Origin: a virus
Lineage: Duplodnaviria; Caudoviricetes
IMG/VR virus record: IMGVR_UViG_3300025432_000001
Location: 1-53,403 of that record
Reading direction: 5' to 3' (one strand)
DNA: 53,403 bases
Positions within the stretch are counted from its first letter, which is position 1. Each line of letters starts with the position of its first letter. Below are positions 32,941-42,983 of this stretch, one piece after another. The position numbers and the translations under genes were made by a program. The notes under the pieces were generated by a model that was not told where the DNA came from, did no database searches, and was given only the letters and a program-made list of their open reading frames with translations.

Positions 32941-35940
32941 CTATCCCTCTTTGCCGTCGATCGCGCCGGCCGAGGCGCGTCCCGTCAGAAAGCGGACCAG
33001 GCGCAGATCCAAGACAGGAGCCAGGAACGCCAACGCCTTGGATGCCGCTGCCGTGAACGCCAGCAGTCCCACGGCACCGCCTGGCGCGGCCTGCCCCGCC
33101 GCAGCCGCGTTGCTACTCGCGACAAGTCCGACCTTGCCGGTCGCGTGGGCGGCGCCGGCTGCAGCGGCGAAACCGCGCGCCAACAGATGGACGAAATTGC
33201 CGACGCCGGTGCCGATACGGGCATTGGCCATCGCAGCCGCAGCGCCGCGGGCGAGCAATCCGACGATGCCCCTTGCCGATGCGAAAGACTTTGCCGCGCC
33301 GGAGCTGTGCGCCGCGAGCGCCGCTCGCCAAGTGCCCGCCGTAGCCGCCTTGGATGCCGCAATCGTGCGCGCCAAGAGTCCCACGGCGCCGGCAGGTGCC
33401 GCGATTGCCGCCGCCGTGCCCTTCCCCGTCGCAATGAGCGCGAGCTTTCCGCTCGCGCGGGCGGTCCCCATCGCAGCGGCGAAGCCGCGCGCGACCAGAT
33501 TGACGAAAGCACCGATGCGGATGGACGCAGCCGCCTTGGATGCCGCTGCCGTGCGCGCCAGGAGTCCCACGGCGCCGCCGGGCGCAGCGCGGGCCGTTGC
33601 AATTGCTTGCCCCGCGGCAGTGAGTCCGAGCTTTCCGGTCGCGTGGGCGCTCCCCATCGCAGCGGTGAAGCCGCGCGCGACCAGGTTGACGAAAGCGCCG
33701 ATGCGGATTGTGGCATTGCCCGCCGCAGCCATGGTGCCGCGGGCGATCAAACCGACAATGCCCGATGTCGACGCGAAAGACTTCGCCGCGCCGGAGCCGC
33801 GCGCGGAAAGCGCCAGCCGCCAAGTGCCCGAAAGGGAAGCCTTGGCTGCCGCCATGCCGCGCGAGAACAGCCCCACCGTTCCCGCGGACGTGGCGGTCCC
33901 CGACCCAGCCGCCTTCCCCGATGCGTTAAGCCCGAGCTTGCCGGCCGGCCGGGCCAGCCCGGTCGCAACCGCGAGCGTACGCGCGAGCAGATAAATAACA
34001 GCGCCGGTGCCGATACCGGCTCTGGCCATCGCCGCCGCAACGCCGCGGGCGAGCAATCCGACGACGCCGGAAGGGGAGGCACGAGCCGCAGAGAATCCCG
34101 TTCCACGCGCCGCCAAAGGCACCGCGCCCTGCAGGTTGGCATTGGCTTTCGCCAGCGCATTCGCCTTGGCGGCGAGTGCGGCGATAGCGCCGGCTTGCGC
34201 GCGCGCCATGGCGAGCGATGTTGCTCGCGTGATGACCGGCACTTTGCCGGAAAACGAAACGAGACCTTCCGCCGATCCCTTTCCAGATCCCAGCAGAGAC
34301 ACGACGCCGCGTAAGCCAGCCAGTGAGTTTGCTGCCGCCATGCCGAGCGCCCGCAACGCAACGGCCGCGACGCCTTCCGGCTCGTTACGATCAAACCATT
34401 CTATGATTGGCAGAACAGCGGGATGCCACCAAGCATGGATCGCAAGGTCAGGATCGCGCATGGACGAGGCGACGCCCGATCCGCTACTGCCGGTCGGTGC
34501 TGGCAGCGTGGCCGCAGCGAATGTTATGGCGTAGGACCCGTCAGTGTAGCCAGCGCCCGGAGTTATCGTGTAGCACCAGTTGATCGGAGCATCGGTTCTA
34601 AAGTCGATGTGCCCACCACAATCGGCGTTGTCGTAGTTGTCATTGTCGTTTTGGCCGCTGTAGTGCATAAAATCGTCTACCGCTCCTTGCGGCGACGAAC
34701 ACGTTAACCCAGGTCCCATTCCTAACCCGGTAGCAGAGATACACAAACCGTAATTTACGCCTGGGGTTATAGTAGGGACGTTTATCAGCGAGCCGTAGTT
34801 GCTAGGAATACCCCCGTTTCCTGTACTGTAGGTCGTATTAGACACGTACTGATCGAACGGGGACGTAGCCATATTCGCTATGTCATAAAAGACCCAAGTG
34901 TACCCACCGCCAAAGCTACCTGCCGTCCCCGCTATCGTGAGTGTGGCGTTGGTATCAGCCGCAGTATTTGCAGCCCAACCCATCAAATCACCTGTAGCGG
35001 AGGCTTCGTTAGTCCAAGTGTAGCTGTCGCTATCTGTGAGGGTCAGACCGGCTAAATTGCCTCCTGTAAGCGCGCGAGCGAAGCGTAAGTTGCCCGTCCA
35101 AGGAACCTGAAATTTGACGGACGTCAGGGCTGCATCAGCCAACGTCGATTGATGGATAATCTTGTTGATCCAAGGGCCGTACGCAGGCGCCGGACTACCC
35201 GCTGGCCCCGCCGTCAGTGCAATGGCAATGACGTTGTAGGTGTTTGTGGTATCACCAGTAGCGGTGAAGCCGGGATTGATAGCGGCGGCAGTTGTTTGCA
35301 AATAGTATTCTTCGGCGTGAGCAAAACCATATCCGCCGGACGCCTGCACTTCGATGCAGGTAATGTTGGCCTCAAGCAGCGTGTGCCCAGAACTGGGGAC
35401 GAACGACGACGGTGCTGTCGTCTGCACCATGTTCGCACCAGACGTGCAGCAATAAGTGACAATGAGGTTGCCGCCACCGGAATTGTTGTTGCTTGGGGTA
35501 AAGGAGCCGGCAGTCAGGTTTGGGCCGGTCTGAGCGTATGCGCCGGCGGAAGTACCGCCAGAGCCGATGATGTGGCAGAACTCTTTTATATTCCACTGCC
35601 ACGGCGGGGTCGGCATTCCGTTGAGCATCCCCGTGATGGTCATCCATCCCGGCAGAGAGCCAATCAGCAAGAAGAACCCACTTACATTATTGCCCTGCCC
35701 CACGCCGACAGTGCCAATTGGCGCAGGCCAAACACCGTTCAGATTGTCTGACAGGACGGGCGTATTGCCGTCAGGCCACGTCGCTGAAACGAGATAACAG
35801 TTGCCCGCCTGCGTCTTGTTGGGGACCTTGTACCTGAAATTGTTTTGTCCACCTGTGCCGCCTATCCCCGCCGTAGGAACACCCGCGCCATAATAATTCG
35901 AGTCAGACGAAATCATCTGCACTAAGGAGGGAGTCGGCAC
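32941..35940 (-). CDS. Large tail-associated / receptor-binding protein with Ala/Gly-rich repeat C-terminus
   Basis: 999 aa; beta-rich, lower-GC N-terminal half; roughly 19-20-aa periodic repeats in the C-terminal half. Confidence 0.75.
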   Translation of the reverse strand: MPTPSLVQMISSDSNYYGAGVPTAGIGGTGGQNNFRYKVPNKTQAGNCYLVSATWPDGNTPVLSDNLNGVWPAPIGTVGVGQGNNVSGFFLLIGSLPGWMTITGMLNGMPTPPWQWNIKEFCHIIGSGGTSAGAYAQTGPNLTAGSFTPSNNNSGGGNLIVTYCCTSGANMVQTTAPSSFVPSSGHTLLEANITCIEVQASGGYGFAHAEEYYLQTTAAAINPGFTATGDTTNTYNVIAIALTAGPAGSPAPAYGPWINKIIHQSTLADAALTSVKFQVPWTGNLRFARALTGGNLAGLTLTDSDSYTWTNEASATGDLMGWAANTAADTNATLTIAGTAGSFGGGYTWVFYDIANMATSPFDQYVSNTTYSTGNGGIPSNYGSLINVPTITPGVNYGLCISATGLGMGPGLTCSSPQGAVDDFMHYSGQNDNDNYDNADCGGHIDFRTDAPINWCYTITPGAGYTDGSYAITFAAATLPAPTGSSGSGVASSMRDPDLAIHAWWHPAVLPIIEWFDRNEPEGVAAVALRALGMAAANSLAGLRGVVSLLGSGKGSAEGLVSFSGKVPVITRATSLAMARAQAGAIAALAAKANALAKANANLQGAVPLAARGTGFSAARASPSGVVGLLARGVAAAMARAGIGTGAVIYLLARTLAVATGLARPAGKLGLNASGKAAGSGTATSAGTVGLFSRGMAAAKASLSGTWRLALSARGSGAAKSFASTSGIVGLIARGTMAAAGNATIRIGAFVNLVARGFTAAMGSAHATGKLGLTAAGQAIATARAAPGGAVGLLARTAAASKAAASIRIGAFVNLVARGFAAAMGTARASGKLALIATGKGTAAAIAAPAGAVGLLARTIAASKAATAGTWRAALAAHSSGAAKSFASARGIVGLLARGAAAAMANARIGTGVGNFVHLLARGFAAAAGAAHATGKVGLVASSNAAAAGQAAPGGAVGLLAFTAAASKALAFLAPVLDLRLVRFLTGRASAGAIDGKEG

Positions 35941-35953
35941 GGCTGGCCCCCCT

Positions 35954-36763
35954 TTAGTATTCTGTGAGGATCAAGACTGCGTTGTTAAGGCTCACGTCCT
36001 CGGCAGTGATGCCTTCCATCTGGAAGTCAAACCAATATGACGTGCCGACTAGCAGGCCTGTCACCAGCGCAGGCTGACAAACCGGAACACGCACGTCCGT
36101 CGCGGCACCAGCAGTTGTTGGGACGGAATACTCGGTGGCTTTGCCGATAACCGTACCCGTTGCGGCGGCTTGGTACGACGGTCCAGAGGCCCCGGAGGCG
36201 TAGGCCAATTGAAGAATGATGCCCTCGTCAACCGTAGTGACTGAAGAAGTAAGATAACCGGCAAGTGTCGCCTGGATGTTACCGGACTTTGCCGGGGTTA
36301 TGAGTGCCCCCATACCACCCATGACGAACGAACTGGTTGATGTCGGGACAAGAGCAGAACTCGATGTCGTCTGACTGACCGCACCGTTGGCGACCGCCTG
36401 CAATATCTGGCCGGAAGCCGTCTCAACATACCAACCTTGGCCTTCTTCGTAGGTCAACGAATAGCCGGCAGGCAACGCCACGCCTCGCAGCGTTACCAGC
36501 GTCGTGCCGTCGGTGTGCTGAACCGTCAGCGTGTTCGCTGCCGAGCCATTGTTGAAGAAGCTGAGATGCTTGATGTTGCGTTGGACGCTAGACCCTGGCG
36601 ACGACACAACGGTCGTCGTTGTTGCGGTGGAGACCGTCGTATTTTGCGTATTCGGCGTAATGGTGCCAGATGAGTTGTCCGCGAACGAGGCATGCACCAT
36701 TAAGGATTGCGCGGCGCTGGTCACCACCTGGATCAGTGCGCTTGTGCCGGCGAGAAGCAACAT
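35954..36763 (-). CDS. Virion accessory / tail protein
   Basis: Thr/Ser-rich beta-strand protein in the late operon. Confidence 0.7.
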   Translation of the reverse strand: MLLLAGTSALIQVVTSAAQSLMVHASFADNSSGTITPNTQNTTVSTATTTTVVSSPGSSVQRNIKHLSFFNNGSAANTLTVQHTDGTTLVTLRGVALPAGYSLTYEEGQGWYVETASGQILQAVANGAVSQTTSSSALVPTSTSSFVMGGMGALITPAKSGNIQATLAGYLTSSVTTVDEGIILQLAYASGASGPSYQAAATGTVIGKATEYSVPTTAGAATDVRVPVCQPALVTGLLVGTSYWFDFQMEGITAEDVSLNNAVLILTEY

Positions 36764-36796
36764 TTCAGGTCACCGCGAGTCAAAGCAAAATATCGC

Positions 36797-37909
36797 TTAC
36801 GCCAGCATCAGCGTGAAGGTCGACGTGGCGAAGCTCGCCGTCACGTTGATCGAGATCGGCTGCTGGGTGAGCTGGCGGAACTGGCCGCCGCCGATCCCGG
36901 TAGTGTTGACGCCGGCGGTGAACGTCGCGCCCGACAGGTTCGCCGTGGTCAACAGACCAGACCAGGAGCCGCCGGTTGTCGGCAGCGTGCCGCCGTACTT
37001 CTGCGTCACCACGATCGAGGAGCCGTTGGCCGGTGCGTCAGACGTGCTGTCGCAGGTCAGCACGCCAGGCGACGCCGAGCTGCAAGAGAACGGAATCCAC
37101 TTGTTGTTGCCGAGATAGTCCCAGGTGATCGGGTTGCCGCCAGATAAAGCGTCGAACAGGCCCCAAGCCACTGCGGGCGCGCTGAACAAAAGCGAATCAG
37201 TCGAACCGGACGATGCATGGGCCGCCGCAGCCGAGAGGGTAACGGTCGAACCGGCGACGCTCGCCACCGTACCGATCTGCGCCGAAGCCGTCACATCATA
37301 GACGTTAGCCCCAGCCACGACCCAGCTCGGGACCGCGGCTCCCATCGTGATCGTGGTCGAAGCGGTCGTGAACGAGGCGCCAGCCGCAAGAGCGCCGCCC
37401 CATGGCTCGGTCCCGGCGGCTTGCGGAAAGGTAACGACTGCGCCGGAATTGGTGACGTTGGCGGGAGCCGTCGCCGGCTCATTCCCCGAAGACGCCGATG
37501 CCGCCGGCCAAGCGGAGAAGGCCAGCGAGTCCGTGGATCCAGAACCAGCATTCGCGGCGTTGCCGGTCAGCGTCAGCGTGGTGCCGGTGTAGGTCAGCAC
37601 CGTGCCGATCTGCTTGCCCGCGGTGATGTCGTAGACGTTCATCCCTGCAACCACCCAGGGATAGCCGCTGACATTCGGCATCGTGATGGTCGCGCTCGAG
37701 GTCGAGATCGCGCCAGCCGCCGTGATCTCGCCCGCGACCTGCACGCGGGCATAATTTCCGCCGGCCATCTCGACTCCGCCGGTGACGGCATCCGCCGTCG
37801 GTGGAGCGACGAACAGCGTAAGGAAGCGCGACGCCATCGCCGGCATCGGCGCGTTGCCGGTTTCCCAATTCAGCACGTTCTCGGCCGAATAGTCGGATAG
37901 ACCGCTCAT
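36797..37909 (-). CDS. Tail-fibre-associated protein with two inserted repeat domains
   Basis: LSDYSAENVLNW...LFVAPP...EMAGGNYARVQV...WGLFDALSGGN scaffold, interrupted by two GxNVYDxTA..QIGTV domains. Confidence 0.75.
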   Translation of the reverse strand: MSGLSDYSAENVLNWETGNAPMPAMASRFLTLFVAPPTADAVTGGVEMAGGNYARVQVAGEITAAGAISTSSATITMPNVSGYPWVVAGMNVYDITAGKQIGTVLTYTGTTLTLTGNAANAGSGSTDSLAFSAWPAASASSGNEPATAPANVTNSGAVVTFPQAAGTEPWGGALAAGASFTTASTTITMGAAVPSWVVAGANVYDVTASAQIGTVASVAGSTVTLSAAAAHASSGSTDSLLFSAPAVAWGLFDALSGGNPITWDYLGNNKWIPFSCSSASPGVLTCDSTSDAPANGSSIVVTQKYGGTLPTTGGSWSGLLTTANLSGATFTAGVNTTGIGGGQFRQLTQQPISINVTASFATSTFTLMLA

Positions 37910-38008
37910 GATCTCGTTCTCCTTGATAGGGATGCGTAGGTGGAATTTGCCGGGTTGCCAGCGACAACCTGCGGCTGTTAAGCTTGGCTACGGAAGGAAA
38001 CCGCCCGC

Positions 38009-38836
38009 GTGGATGCGATCAGCCAAATGTCGACGACGCTCTTGAGATCCGCCGAAAACGAGGCCTCGATTTATGTCGGCTCGCGAAGGCTAAGGCTCGT
38101 CGGCACTCATTCGAACTACATGCGCGGACTGCGACGCTGGCGCGGTTTGCGGACCTGGCGAGCAGATAAAACCGCGATCGCAGCGGCGGCTATGACGCTT
38201 TCTCGCGGATCGTTATGCCTCGACGTTGGCGCCCATATCGGTTTGACCGCCATTACAGTTGCGGTCCTGCGCCCTGATTGCCGCGTCGTGGCGTTCGAGC
38301 CGCAGCCCATGGCGCAAGAGTGTCTCCGGCAAAACCTCGCAGCGAATGCGATTACCAATGTTGAGGTGATCGACGCGGCGGTAGCAGATTTCTCCGGCCC
38401 GCTCTCATTCAGCGATAATGGGCCGTGGTCGGTCGCCAACCGCGGCACCGTAGCCTGCAAGGCTGTCCGATTAGACGATCTCGGTCTCGGCGCGCCAAAT
38501 TTCATCAAGATAGATGTAGAGGGCTTTGAACCAAATGTTTTGGCCGGAGCGCGCCGACTGATCGCAGAGGCGCAACCCCTAGTCTTTATGGAGTTCTGCC
38601 CTTGGACATTGCTTCTGCACCATTACGATCCGCTGACCTTCGCCACGTCGATCTGGTCGAATTTCGACGTGCTGCAGGTCTTTCATCGCGAGCGAGCGCA
38701 ACCCTTGCCGCATGACCCGCAAACTTTTCTGCACGTCAATTTGATGCGGCACGAATGCGTAAGTGATCTTTTGCTGCGACCAAGAGCTCCGATCCCTCCA
38801 TTAGAGCAAATGGTTCATCATCGCACATCGAACTAA
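38009..38836 (+). CDS. FkbM-family SAM methyltransferase (moron)
   Basis: LDVGAHIG, AFEPQP and FIKIDVEGFE motifs; opposite strand within the tail operon. Confidence 0.92.
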   Translation: MDAISQMSTTLLRSAENEASIYVGSRRLRLVGTHSNYMRGLRRWRGLRTWRADKTAIAAAAMTLSRGSLCLDVGAHIGLTAITVAVLRPDCRVVAFEPQPMAQECLRQNLAANAITNVEVIDAAVADFSGPLSFSDNGPWSVANRGTVACKAVRLDDLGLGAPNFIKIDVEGFEPNVLAGARRLIAEAQPLVFMEFCPWTLLLHHYDPLTFATSIWSNFDVLQVFHRERAQPLPHDPQTFLHVNLMRHECVSDLLLRPRAPIPPLEQMVHHRTSN

Positions 38837-38870
38837 AACTCGGTCGTTTCGTCGATCAGCGTCGATAAGA

Positions 38871-40190
38871 TCAGAGCCGCGCGAACAGGACCGCGGTGAG
38901 CGAAAGCTGGGTGTTGTTGTGCGCGGTGCCGGAGCCGGCGGCTTGGGTCGAAATGCCGGTGTCGGCGGTATCGACGCCGACGCCGGTGCCCGATGAATTG
39001 TTGCTCACGCCGGTGCCGGATGAGTTGTTGTTGATGCCGGTCGTGGCGCTGCTTGTGGGTTCGTTGACCCAGGGAGTGCTCTGGTTGCTGGCCTCGATGT
39101 TGGTCCCAAAAACCCCAGCATTGGAAGCATAACCAGGGACCGTGTGAGAGTGCCCCGGATCGGTATGCGAGTGGTCGTGGCCCGGATCGTTGACCGAGTG
39201 GTCGTGGCCCGGATCATTGACGCCGTGGCTATGACCAGGGTCGTTGACGCCGTGATTGTGCGAAGCGAGCTCGCCGGTCGCCAGCGCGTGCAGCGACTCG
39301 CCGAGCGTCGAGCCGAACATATTGGAGGCGCCGGCGGTGATCGGCACGCCGCTCAAGCGACCCGTCGTCGCGGCGCCGCCCATGCCGTCGACGCCGATCA
39401 GCGACTTGCACTGCGAGTCGGGCAGCTGGATCGGCTTATTCGCCGTCCAGTCCGCTGAGGCCGAGCCGCCGCGGCCGCCGGTGACCGGGCAGAGCGTGTT
39501 GGAGAAATTGTTCCAGAGCAGATAGTAGAGCTGCTGGCAATCGGCGTTGGCGCGGGCGGTCGCCGCCGAGGAGGCGCTGCCGATGGTCAGGCCGTTGAGC
39601 GGCACCCAACCGGTGAGCGTCGTGCCGGCGAGTTTCCATTTCAGGTCGCCGGTGCCGCCGGCGTCGCCGCGCGGGATCTGGAATTCGGTGCCGTCGTAGG
39701 TCAGCGCCGCCATCTGACCCGCGACCAGGTCATAAGGATTGAGCGCGCTCAAGTCGGAACGCGTGAGGTTGAAAGTGCCGAGATTGCTGGTGCCGTTATA
39801 GACCTGGATGGTCGCCGCCCCGGTGATGGTATAGGCGACCTTGGTGCGGATGATGGAGCCGGCGCCGAGCGCGAAGCCCGGCTGATTGACGTTGACGATC
39901 AGCGCATTCTGCGCGCCGATATCGGCGGCATAGGGCGGCGCTGCGGCCTGGATGGCCTGCAGCAGCATGTTCGCATTGGTATTGTCCTGCGGGATGTTCT
40001 GGCCGGTGACGGCGGCGCGGAGCATCTGCAGCAGAAAATTGAAAAAAGAAGCGCCGTAGGCGGTCCCATCATTCGCGGTCGGCGAGGAGCAGTCCTTGAA
40101 AAAGGTGTTGTTCGACCCGAACACCCGCGAGTCCGCGGGCATGGCGGTGACCGAGTTTGCAGCATTGGCCGGGCCGAAGAGATCGGTCAT
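38871..40190 (-). CDS. Tail fibre protein with collar domain and HxH repeats
   Basis: TGDLKW...GWVPLNGLTIG collar; H.HGVNDPGH repeats; GSGTAHNN terminus. Confidence 0.85.
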   Translation of the reverse strand: MTDLFGPANAANSVTAMPADSRVFGSNNTFFKDCSSPTANDGTAYGASFFNFLLQMLRAAVTGQNIPQDNTNANMLLQAIQAAAPPYAADIGAQNALIVNVNQPGFALGAGSIIRTKVAYTITGAATIQVYNGTSNLGTFNLTRSDLSALNPYDLVAGQMAALTYDGTEFQIPRGDAGGTGDLKWKLAGTTLTGWVPLNGLTIGSASSAATARANADCQQLYYLLWNNFSNTLCPVTGGRGGSASADWTANKPIQLPDSQCKSLIGVDGMGGAATTGRLSGVPITAGASNMFGSTLGESLHALATGELASHNHGVNDPGHSHGVNDPGHDHSVNDPGHDHSHTDPGHSHTVPGYASNAGVFGTNIEASNQSTPWVNEPTSSATTGINNNSSGTGVSNNSSGTGVGVDTADTGISTQAAGSGTAHNNTQLSLTAVLFARL

Positions 40191-40226
40191 GGAGTGCTAC
40201 CGCGATGTGGAAAAGGAAAAAGTCAG

Positions 40227-41012
40227 CTAGATGCTGATGCGCGCCCGGCCGGATGCTGCGGCCGTGCCGCGGGCGACCAGGGCGACAAAGGCGGAAGAGT
40301 TGTCGGTGACGTAATTAACCGTCAGATGCGCCGGCAGAATGCGCTGGAAGGCGCACTCAAGCGACGTGATATTGGGCTGGCATTGTTGCTGTTGCCCCGC
40401 AAGAAAGATGCCGGCGCGCGAGGGCGTCGACATGGGTATCCCATAGGCGCCGCTGGAACCGAGAAACACCGTGATGGTGACGATGGTCGCCTGCGCGCCC
40501 GGATTGGCGAGAGCATTGCCGGCATGGCAGCAACCGGCCTGAGTGCCGCCGCCAAAATCCGAACAAGCGATCGACCAGCCGAGCGACGCGGCCAAGGCGA
40601 CCCACGATGGACAATGCGGCGAGCCGAAATAGCCGACCTTGGCGCAGAGGTTCGGATACGGATCGCAGTTATCGGGCAATCCGTATTCCGCGTTCCAGAG
40701 ATCGAGAGTCGTGGTCGCGGAGGCGCAGAAAAATTCATCCTTGAGCGCGCAGAACTGGCCCTCGATCCAGTTGCGCACGGTGCCCAGCGCGGCGACGAAG
40801 CCGGCCTGCACGTAGCCCGCTGGCCAATCGCCCGGCGCCGGAATGCGATTGCCGAGCGACGCGAGCCACGCCAGGAAATTGGCGATCGTGCCGCCGCCAT
40901 CGTTCGCCGGCCACGCTTTGCCGCGCGGCAGCAACGCCGCGGTCGCCTGAATGCTCTGCTCGAGCGTGGGGCAGGTGAACGGCGGCCGCGCCGAGGACGG
41001 GCAAGAGGTCAT
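40227..41012 (-). CDS. Baseplate protein gp48/YmfQ (DUF2313)-like
   Basis: ALLPRGKAW, LDLWNAEYGLPDNC and LECAFQRILPAHL motifs. Confidence 0.88.
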   Translation of the reverse strand: MTSCPSSARPPFTCPTLEQSIQATAALLPRGKAWPANDGGGTIANFLAWLASLGNRIPAPGDWPAGYVQAGFVAALGTVRNWIEGQFCALKDEFFCASATTTLDLWNAEYGLPDNCDPYPNLCAKVGYFGSPHCPSWVALAASLGWSIACSDFGGGTQAGCCHAGNALANPGAQATIVTITVFLGSSGAYGIPMSTPSRAGIFLAGQQQQCQPNITSLECAFQRILPAHLTVNYVTDNSSAFVALVARGTAAASGRARISI

Positions 41013-41033
41013 CTGCTCCGCTCCGGCACTAAC

Positions 41034-42401
41034 TCAGAACGTCACGGTCCCGAGCACGGCGATCTGTCCGGCGGTCAAAGAGGTGTTGCCGGGGGAAGCC
41101 GAGAACGCCAAGGAGTCGGTCGAGCCGGCGCCGGCGTTGGCCGCATTGGCCGTTAGCGTCAACGTGGTGCCGGTATAGGTCAGCACCGTGCCGATCTGTT
41201 TTCCCGCAGTAATGTCGTAGACGTTCATGCCGGGCACAACCCAGGGATAGCCCGAGACGTTCGGCATCGTGACGGTGGCGCTCGAGGTCGAGATCGCGCC
41301 GGCCGCCGTAATCAGGCCAGCCACCACGCTCACGGTGCCGCTGGTGACGCCCGGCGCGTTGTCGACGGCCTGCTGGAGCCATTGCTGCAGGAAGGTGAAC
41401 GGGATCGCGAGATAGGGCATCGACGCGTTCGGCGTGGCGATGCCGGCGACCTGCGACAGCCGAAGGAACGCCGCCTGCAGCTCGGCGATCACGGCGGCCT
41501 GCGTCGTCGGATTGGACGGCGTCAGTCCGGTGATGATGGCATTGACGGCGACCGGCGTCGGCGCCACGACGGTGACGGTGGCCGCGGACGGCTGGACGGT
41601 TTGTATGAAGGCGGTGATCCCGGCGATATCGCCGGATTGCGGGATGCCGTTCGCATAGAGGTTGTCCATCATCGGCAGCACGCGCACGGTGCCGATGCCG
41701 GCCCACAGCGGCTCGACGAACACGCGGGTGACGTTGCCGTTGGCCTGCTGCGTCCAGATCACATAGTCGGATGCCGCGCCTCCCTGCGGCGGATTTCGTT
41801 TCTTGAAAAGGATGCGGTAGCGGAACGTCCCCGGCGGCGGATTGAAAGTGGCACCGTCCTGTTCGACGTCGGTGCCCCCGGTCATGCCGCCGGTCGCGAC
41901 CATCGCCACCGCGGCGGCATCGCCGTTTACGTCGGTGGTGCCCGATGAGATCGAAAGCGACGTGCCCGCCTGAGTGACCGTGTTTGATCCGGTGCCGACC
42001 GATTGCGCCGGCACGGTAATTGTGCCCGAGCCGGTGATCGACAAGGCGGCCAAGGCGACGAACTGCACGCCGTCGCTGCGCTGGAAGATGGCGCCGTAGG
42101 CGACGTCGTAGGAATCGGCGACGACGATCGAGATATTGCCGGTCGACCGCGTCGGCTGAAAGCGCGAGAGATTGATCTCGGCGCCGTGCAGGTCGAGATC
42201 CGGACCGTTGGCGGTGAGCGCGAATTTTTGCCGCTGGATGTCGTCGGCGAAGCCGAACAGCTCCGACGTCATGCCGCCGATCACCTTGGCGGTCGGGTTG
42301 ACGTTATTCGGCCACAGCCAGGCGTCGGTGCCCGGGAGATTGGCGCGGATCGCGTTGCGCGCCCGCGTCACCAGTTGATAGAGCGACGGGATTGGAAACA
42401 T
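41034..42401 (-). CDS. Baseplate J / Mu gp47-like protein
   Basis: GGTDVE...FRYRIL...PPQGGAASDYVIW, G.GTVRV and VQPSAATVTVVAP motifs. Confidence 0.92.
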   Translation of the reverse strand: MFPIPSLYQLVTRARNAIRANLPGTDAWLWPNNVNPTAKVIGGMTSELFGFADDIQRQKFALTANGPDLDLHGAEINLSRFQPTRSTGNISIVVADSYDVAYGAIFQRSDGVQFVALAALSITGSGTITVPAQSVGTGSNTVTQAGTSLSISSGTTDVNGDAAAVAMVATGGMTGGTDVEQDGATFNPPPGTFRYRILFKKRNPPQGGAASDYVIWTQQANGNVTRVFVEPLWAGIGTVRVLPMMDNLYANGIPQSGDIAGITAFIQTVQPSAATVTVVAPTPVAVNAIITGLTPSNPTTQAAVIAELQAAFLRLSQVAGIATPNASMPYLAIPFTFLQQWLQQAVDNAPGVTSGTVSVVAGLITAAGAISTSSATVTMPNVSGYPWVVPGMNVYDITAGKQIGTVLTYTGTTLTLTANAANAGAGSTDSLAFSASPGNTSLTAGQIAVLGTVTF

Positions 42402-42422
42402 TTATGGCTCGCGCGACTATTT

Positions 42423-42968
42423 TCAGGCCGCGGCCGCCACTACCTGCTGCCACACCAGGTTGAACTTGCCGCTGTAGACGAGCGCGCCCTTCTCGCCGAA
42501 GAGATTGACGGAGAGCGCCAGCCCGTTGAGACTCGTGATCTCGGCCGAGCAATCGATCTCGACCACCGCGCCCTGTGTCTGCAGCGGCGCCAGCGCCTGC
42601 TCCGCAAGAGGAGCCGCCCATTGCGCCGCCAAATTCAGCGGCATATTCCAGAGCACCCACAATAGCGAGCCGAGCGGCCCTTCGCCGAGATCGGTGCGCA
42701 CGTCGATGCCGTCGCCCCACCAGCCGCGCGGGTCGCCGTCGCGGACATATTGCGCCAGCGGATGGTTCGCCGGCATGGCGGCGTCGCTGAACAGCGTCAG
42801 CGTCACTGCCGTCGCCAGCGCGGCATTGGCGGCGAGACCGCCGGAATTCAACGGCGCATTGCCGGCGAGCGCCCAATCGGCGGCCGCGGCAGCCTCGTTC
42901 CAGTTTGAATCCCAAAGCAGGAACGGATCGGGCTGACAGGCCTCGTTCGCCCGAATGAGGATTTCCAT
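42423..42968 (-). CDS. Mu gp46-like baseplate protein
   Basis: LATAVTLTLFSD, RGWWGD and LGSLLWVL motifs. Confidence 0.92.
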   Translation of the reverse strand: MEILIRANEACQPDPFLLWDSNWNEAAAAADWALAGNAPLNSGGLAANAALATAVTLTLFSDAAMPANHPLAQYVRDGDPRGWWGDGIDVRTDLGEGPLGSLLWVLWNMPLNLAAQWAAPLAEQALAPLQTQGAVVEIDCSAEITSLNGLALSVNLFGEKGALVYSGKFNLVWQQVVAAAA

Positions 42969-42983
42969 GGCAAGCGGCCCGTT

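Noticed and set aside
39000-39260. 27-bp tandem repeats as a non-coding repeat array
   Set aside because: They are in-frame 9-aa repeats of the tail fibre.
37512-41313. Diversity-generating retroelement TR/VR pair
   Set aside because: No reverse transcriptase is present, both copies are in-frame coding, and the differences look mostly synonymous rather than adenine-specific.
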